Shown piece by piece: positions 58,843 to 64,000 of a stretch of DNA of 64,000 nt. The position numbers and the translations under genes were made by a program. Source of the DNA: Blastocatellia bacterium (lineage in GTDB: Bacteria; Acidobacteriota; Blastocatellia; UBA7656); NCBI GenBank assembly GCA_963765495.1, contig CAVXWP010000014.1, positions 32,001 to 96,000 on the forward strand. Direction: 5' to 3'. The notes beneath the pieces are model-generated. The model saw only the letters and a list, made by a program, of their open reading frames with translations. It did not search any database and was not told where the DNA came from. Within the stretch, counting starts at the first letter, position 1. The number at the start of each line of letters is the position of its first letter.

Positions 58843-60279
58843 ATGTGGAGACGTAAGTGTTACCTCGACGATGAATCCGACATTCAATCGCCGATACCGA
58901 GTTGCATATCATCGAATGAAGAATTCATACCGCCTCCCCAATCGGCCCGTGAGCTTGAGGTCGAAAACCGTCTGAGGGAGATGGCCGACCGCAACGCGAA
59001 GCTCTTAGGCGTCACGCGCCGCCGATTCCTACAATCTTCCTGCGGCATGGCCGCGGCGATGCTATGCTTCAACGAAGTATTCGGAAAGACCTACGAGGTT
59101 GACCCGATTGAAGCGCTCGATGCGGCTGCCTACGAAGAGCACTGGCCAAAAAACGAATTCATATTCGACAACCAGACGCATCACATCGACGTGGAGTCAA
59201 ACTGGTTTGAGACCACGGATGCGGGGCGCGAGGCAGCCGCTTTTCTAAAGCGATTCAGACCCCGCGAGCAGAGCACCTCCGCGAGCCTTGCCGCGCTAAA
59301 CGAGACCCACTACGTCAAGGAACTGTTCTTCGATTCCGACACCGTGATGGCGATCATCAGCGGCGTTCCTACAAGTTCGTGGAAAGAGAATATTCTGCCG
59401 CCCGACAAGATGGTAGCCACCAGAAACGATGTGAACGGCTGGGCGAAATCCGAGCGAATGCTCTCTCATGGTCTTCTGCGGCCCAACATGGGATCGTCAG
59501 AGATCGAAGAGATGGAACGGCAGGCCAAGGTGCTGAAGATCAACTCGTGGAAGCTGTATCCAGGGGCCGAGATAAACAAGACCGCCTGGTGGCTCGATGA
59601 TGAAAAGATGAGCTATCCCTTCTGGGAGAAGTCGCGCAAGATGGGGATCAAGAATCTGTGTATCCACAAGGGGCTGCCGCTCGGTCTCTTCAACGAAGAG
59701 CACTGCCACCCGCGCGACATCGAAAAAGTAGCCAAAGATTTCCCCGATATAAACTTCATCATCTACCATTCGGCGTGGCATCCTACGGCTCCGCGCAAGG
59801 AAGGCATGGCCGATAATCCGCAGTACATCCCGTGGTGCTCGGATTTGATCGACATAGTCAAACGCAACAAACTGAGCAACGTCTACTTCGAACTTGGTTC
59901 GACCTGGAACGGCACGTCGGGCGCGCGACCCGAAGTAGCCATGCACCTGCTCGGGCAGATAATGAACCTGCCCGGTGGCGAAGAACATATCATCTGGGGG
60001 ACGGATTCGATCTGGGGCGGCTCTCCGCAAAGCCAGATAGAGCGATTCCGCCGCTTCCAGATCAGCGATGAAGTGGCCGAAAAATACGGCTACAAGAAAC
60101 TCACTCCCGAAATCAAAGCCAAGGTCTTTGGCCTGAATGCCGCGCGCCTCTACAAGATCAACGTGGCGGCCAAGCGCAACGCGATCAAGACCGATAAGAT
60201 TTCCGAGATGAAAGAGGAGTATCAGCAAAACCCGCAACCGTCAAATACCCAGTATGGCTGGGTCTGGGCCGGAAAATAA
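58843..60279 (+). CDS. Amidohydrolase_2 family metallohydrolase with internal Tat-like motif
   Basis: AAGGAG RBS; D.QTH, KLYP, CIHKG, IIYHSA, WGTDS; TRRRFL near residue 58. Confidence 0.88.
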   Translation: MWRRKCYLDDESDIQSPIPSCISSNEEFIPPPQSARELEVENRLREMADRNAKLLGVTRRRFLQSSCGMAAAMLCFNEVFGKTYEVDPIEALDAAAYEEHWPKNEFIFDNQTHHIDVESNWFETTDAGREAAAFLKRFRPREQSTSASLAALNETHYVKELFFDSDTVMAIISGVPTSSWKENILPPDKMVATRNDVNGWAKSERMLSHGLLRPNMGSSEIEEMERQAKVLKINSWKLYPGAEINKTAWWLDDEKMSYPFWEKSRKMGIKNLCIHKGLPLGLFNEEHCHPRDIEKVAKDFPDINFIIYHSAWHPTAPRKEGMADNPQYIPWCSDLIDIVKRNKLSNVYFELGSTWNGTSGARPEVAMHLLGQIMNLPGGEEHIIWGTDSIWGGSPQSQIERFRRFQISDEVAEKYGYKKLTPEIKAKVFGLNAARLYKINVAAKRNAIKTDKISEMKEEYQQNPQPSNTQYGWVWAGK

Positions 60280-60289
60280 GCGGTAGCGA

Positions 60290-60463
60290 GGCCGGGGGCC
60301 GGGGGCCGGGGGCCGGTAATATTGAGGTCAATATGAATATGATCCGCGAGAATCCGCCCGATCCGCGTCCGTCCCGGCCTGTTGCCGATTAGCAAATCGG
60401 GATTTTCAATTTAGCGGATAAGAGACCTTATAAACCGGCCCCTGGCTCCCGACCCCTGGCCCC
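60290..60463. repeat. Palindrome with GGGGGCC heptamer arms enclosing an ATCCG-repeat segment
   Basis: ggccggggcc/ggggccgg repeats ... ccggcccctggctcccgacccctggcccct. Confidence 0.8.
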
Positions 60464-60481
60464 TAGCCGATGGAGGTGACA

Positions 60482-62125
60482 GTGAAAAAGAGACTATCAA
60501 TCCTCGCAATAGCGATCATTTTTCTCTTCAGTGCTTACACGCCTGCGCCGTCGCAACAGCCGGAACCGGCAAAGACCGTAAATCGCGACGAGCAGATGGT
60601 GGTCATGCGCGACGGCGTAAAACTTGCCACAAACGTCTATCTGCCGGAGGGCAAGGGGCCGTGGCCGGTTGTGCTTGTGCGAACTCCTTACAATAAAGAG
60701 TTGAATGGAGCGGGAGCCGCCGCGTGGGTCAATAAAGGCTTTGCGCTTGTGATTCAGGATGTGCGTGGAAAGTTCAAAAGCGAAGGCAAGTACCAGCCTT
60801 TCGTAGACGATCCGCAGGATGGTTACGATACGGTGGAATGGGCGGCCAAACAACCCTGGTCGAACGGCAAGATAGGGATGTTCGGCGCATCGGCTATGGG
60901 TATAACCGCGAACCTCGCCTCGATGATGAACCCGCCTCATCTGGTCGCCATGTTTGTGATGGTGGCCCGGTCGAGCATCTACACTCAATCGGCTTTCATG
61001 GGCGGAGTCTTTCGCAAAGAGTTGAACGAAATCTGGCTCAAGCGGCAAAACGCGCTTGACGCGCTTTACGAAACGTTCAAGCACAACGTCTATGACGGGT
61101 ATTACGATTCGAATGAAATGTCGAAACGCTGGCCCGATGTCCACGTCCCTGTTTATAACTACGGCGGATGGTACGACATCTTTTCAGAGGGGAATATTGA
61201 AAATTTCGCCGGGCTTCAGGTGAAGGGGGGCGGGCTTGCGGCAGGCAATCAGAAACTGATGATGGGGCCGTGGGGCCACGGGAATATTGAAGAAGTGAAA
61301 TACCCGGCAAACTCTTCGGTCAATCCAAACGAAGAGGCGCAGCGATGGTTTGATTACTGGCTCAAGGGCACTGACAACGGCATCATGGACGAGCCGCCGA
61401 TCAAATACTACGTGATGGGAGATGTGACCGATCCGAAGGCTCCGGGCAACCGGTGGCGTACGTCTGTGGCGTGGCCTCCGCCCGCGAAAACGACATCATA
61501 CTTTTTGATGGCGGGTGGCGGACTGGGCGAAAATATTCCTGCCGATAAAGAGAGCAGCGATACTTACAAATATGATCCGAAAAATCCGGTCCCGACTATC
61601 GGAGGCGGAAACCTCAACATAAAGAAAGGGCCTATGGATCAGCGCGCGACCGGAGACCGCAAAGACATCTTGAAATATATGACTGCGGCGCTCGACTCAG
61701 CGGTCGAGATAACAGGCCCGGTCACGGTAGAGGTATGGGCGGAATCCGATGCGCCGGACACCGATTTTATGGCCAAGCTGGTCGATGTCTACCCTGACGG
61801 GACGGAGCGGCTGGTGCTTGACTCGGCCGTGCGCGCAAGGTTTCGCGAAGGCTTTGATCACGAAGTTTTTATGAAGAAAGGCGAAGTCTATCGCTTCAAC
61901 ATAGACCTGTGGGCGACGAGCATAATCTTCAACAAGGGCCACAAAATAGCCATTCAAATAACAAGCTCGAACGATCCCCGATTCGATCCCAATCCGAACA
62001 CCGGAAAACCTCTTCGGGCAGACGACGAGACGCGCGTGGCTACAAACACAATCCATCACGACCGGGCGCATCCTTCGCGGGCGCTGCTTCCGGTCGTACC
62101 CGTTTACAACGGCAAGCAACCCTGA
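60482..62125 (+). CDS. Secreted CocE/NonD family serine hydrolase
   Basis: GGAGG RBS + GTG; MRDGVKLA, RTPY, QDVRG...SEG, GASAMG nucleophile elbow, GGWYD, GPWGH. Confidence 0.92.
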   Translation: MKKRLSILAIAIIFLFSAYTPAPSQQPEPAKTVNRDEQMVVMRDGVKLATNVYLPEGKGPWPVVLVRTPYNKELNGAGAAAWVNKGFALVIQDVRGKFKSEGKYQPFVDDPQDGYDTVEWAAKQPWSNGKIGMFGASAMGITANLASMMNPPHLVAMFVMVARSSIYTQSAFMGGVFRKELNEIWLKRQNALDALYETFKHNVYDGYYDSNEMSKRWPDVHVPVYNYGGWYDIFSEGNIENFAGLQVKGGGLAAGNQKLMMGPWGHGNIEEVKYPANSSVNPNEEAQRWFDYWLKGTDNGIMDEPPIKYYVMGDVTDPKAPGNRWRTSVAWPPPAKTTSYFLMAGGGLGENIPADKESSDTYKYDPKNPVPTIGGGNLNIKKGPMDQRATGDRKDILKYMTAALDSAVEITGPVTVEVWAESDAPDTDFMAKLVDVYPDGTERLVLDSAVRARFREGFDHEVFMKKGEVYRFNIDLWATSIIFNKGHKIAIQITSSNDPRFDPNPNTGKPLRADDETRVATNTIHHDRAHPSRALLPVVPVYNGKQP

Positions 62126-62171
62126 ATTATTTAAGTTGAAGTTCCGATTGAAGCCGAAAGATACCGCAAAC

Positions 62172-62205
62172 AGATCTGAGACCTGAAATTTCAAATCTCA
62201 GATCT
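62172..62205. repeat. Short palindrome (AGATCTGAGA..TCTCAGATCT) between convergent genes; possible terminator
   Basis: Hairpin followed by a T-rich tract. Confidence 0.6.
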
Positions 62206-62224
62206 GTTTTTTAATTTTGGTCTT

Positions 62225-63157
62225 TTAATTTTGAGCCGGGGGCGCGCCGACCCTTGTGTAGAGAGCCTGGCCGAGACGCACAAACGGGCCTCCGTCTTCC
62301 GATAGATCTTCGACCACGGTGAATGAATGCGCGGCGACTACGTTTATGGTTCTTTTCAACTGAAGCGTCTGCCCCTTTATCTTTACGGGCTCGACCGCAA
62401 AACGAATCGAGATGGGTATGCGCCAATCGCCTTTGCTTTGAAGCAGGATGCCGTTGCTCAATTTCTCGCTGACCGTGAGCATCTTGTTCGCCTCATCAAA
62501 AGTTATGACGGCGCTCTCTTGATAAGCCCCCGCGTCGGTCTTACCTGAAATCCTTGCGTCAAGCGATTTGCCGTCCGCGCTTTTTGTGAAAACGACCGTC
62601 CCTTCTCTCGGAGCCGACCCGAGCGCGCTTTCGCGGCCCAGATATTTGAAGTTCCACGTTCCGGCAAAATAATCGAGCGACTGCTCCTGTTTGGGCTGCT
62701 CGACGCGCTGCCTTCGTTGAGGCGCGCTTTGCTGTTGGGGCTGGGCCTGAGCGTGCGCGGCGGCGGTCTTTTCATCGACTCGCTTCAAATCATAATTGAA
62801 CGTAAAGGTTTGACCTCCGAAATCGACCGAGCCTTCGCCCTTTAGCGACTCGGCCTCAAGCTCGAAGGCGAAATTTAGCGTGATGCCCCCCTGCGGAGTC
62901 TCTACCATAGCGATTGCTGTAATATTGTTGCCTTCGATTTTTATATCTTTAAGAAGGATTTCATCGCCCCGCATACCGGAAGTGGCTCCGCTATAGCCTT
63001 CGCCTTCCTTTTTGAAAGTGATGTAGGTATCGCGCTCGCCCTGAGCCGACTTAACTTTGCCTTCCCACCGACCCTCAAGCTTATCCTGCTGGGCCAGGGC
63101 CACAAAAAAGAGTTGAACGGTTATGATTGCTCCAAAAAAGATCAACAGGCGTCGCAT
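62225..63157 (-). CDS. Secreted two-domain beta-rich hypothetical protein
   Basis: Signal peptide MRRLLIFFG..ALA; two G.W-initiated domains joined by a Gln/Pro linker. Confidence 0.8.
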   Translation of the reverse strand: MRRLLIFFGAIITVQLFFVALAQQDKLEGRWEGKVKSAQGERDTYITFKKEGEGYSGATSGMRGDEILLKDIKIEGNNITAIAMVETPQGGITLNFAFELEAESLKGEGSVDFGGQTFTFNYDLKRVDEKTAAAHAQAQPQQQSAPQRRQRVEQPKQEQSLDYFAGTWNFKYLGRESALGSAPREGTVVFTKSADGKSLDARISGKTDAGAYQESAVITFDEANKMLTVSEKLSNGILLQSKGDWRIPISIRFAVEPVKIKGQTLQLKRTINVVAAHSFTVVEDLSEDGGPFVRLGQALYTRVGAPPAQN

Positions 63158-63243
63158 CGTTTTCCTCCCTGTACGGTAGACCGGGGGCCGAAAGGCCGCG
63201 AAAAAAATTCTCAACCTGCGCGGCCCCCAAAAACCGTATGACT

Positions 63244-64000
63244 TTATTTGGTTGCCGTGACATCGCGCAAATTCTGGCTGTCGAGCGTGTAATCAAACCA
63301 GCCGATCATCATCTCTTCCCATGTTTGATCGCCCCATCGCACTTCCTTCGACGGGTCCGGGTTGAACCTGTTACCAGACGAATTGTCGTGATGAGCTACG
63401 CATTCCAGCCGGCTGCCTTTCGGGGCCGCGAGCGGTTCCTTCAACCAGTAATTCAACTGCCAGTTGAAATCATACTTTGGCACATTGAGCACGATCTTTG
63501 ATGTGCCGTCGGGGTAAACCAGCTTGTACTCAAAGTCTTTGCCGCGAAGGTGCATGTGCGGCATGAAGCCCCAGATGTGACTGTCTTCGGTAAAGGTGAA
63601 TGAGGCGTGGGATTCATAGTTGGCCTCGCCCGGTGGGATGATCAGATTATGAGACGATGCGGCTGATGTAAGAAACCGCTTCTCAACCGGCCCCTGAGCA
63701 AACTTCAAGCCTACGCTTGTGCGATCCTTTCCCTCCACGCCGTTTGTAGTGTAATGCATCTGGAAGACGAGCGCGGAGCCTTTCTTGACGAGTTTGGCGA
63801 TACCCGGTTTTAAGATGAGCGGGCTCATGCCGGGAGCCCAGCCTACGAGCAATGCGTCGCGGACGCCTTCACGGCTGCCTCCTGCTCGGGCTCTTCCCCG
63901 ATTCTCTCCGAGCCCGCCGGTATTGAAACGCAACGGGCCTTCGGGTGGCACCTTACCGTCTGCTCCGGGTTCGATCACGTTGATAATAACGTGATGCACA
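63244..64000 (-). CDS. C-terminal part of a copper type II monooxygenase-like (PHM/DBH fold) protein; start lies beyond the window
   Basis: [30 protein letters not shown]. Confidence 0.8.
   Translation of the reverse strand, partial: VHHVIINVIEPGADGKVPPEGPLRFNTGGLGENRGRARAGGSREGVRDALLVGWAPGMSPLILKPGIAKLVKKGSALVFQMHYTTNGVEGKDRTSVGLKFAQGPVEKRFLTSAASSHNLIIPPGEANYESHASFTFTEDSHIWGFMPHMHLRGKDFEYKLVYPDGTSKIVLNVPKYDFNWQLNYWLKEPLAAPKGSRLECVAHHDNSSGNRFNPDPSKEVRWGDQTWEEMMIGWFDYTLDSQNLRDVTATK

Noticed and set aside
1-64000. CRISPR array, tRNA/rRNA, prophage, integrase or transposase
   Set aside because: No regularly spaced 25-40-bp direct repeats, cloverleaf or rRNA signatures, or mobile-element enzymes seen; the tandem repeats have 7-15-nt units without spacers

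Overview
GC-rich bacterial chromosomal segment. The gene repertoire (ECF sigma coupled to a Ser/Thr kinase with a TolB-like propeller, carboxypeptidase-regulatory TonB-dependent receptor, futalosine-pathway mqnA) suggests Acidobacteriota; this is an inference. It is mostly housekeeping genes on the minus strand (Clp ATPase, accBC, greA, SurA-like PPIases, mqnA, ftsK, M16/M20 peptidases, prfB with its +1 frameshift, lipA/lnt, SPFH-NfeD), plus nadA, two hybrid kinases and a right-hand block of exported metallo- and hydrolytic enzymes. No rRNA, tRNA, CRISPR array or intact transposase was seen. The most notable observations are: (1) a 64-aa ribbon-helix-helix-like gene coupled to nadA, with three 8-bp boxes at 11-bp periodicity over its promoter (candidate new NAD-biosynthesis regulator); (2) a single ORF fusing lipoyl synthase to apolipoprotein N-acyltransferase; (3) a Clp ATPase whose second AAA+ module lacks every catalytic motif but keeps the pore and ClpP loops; (4) a DnaA-box cluster downstream of ftsK; (5) many intergenic palindromes built from short tandem repeats, including a 4-copy family and a GTAG-REP doublet; (6) a Cys4-His GAF hybrid kinase with a very long coiled coil.
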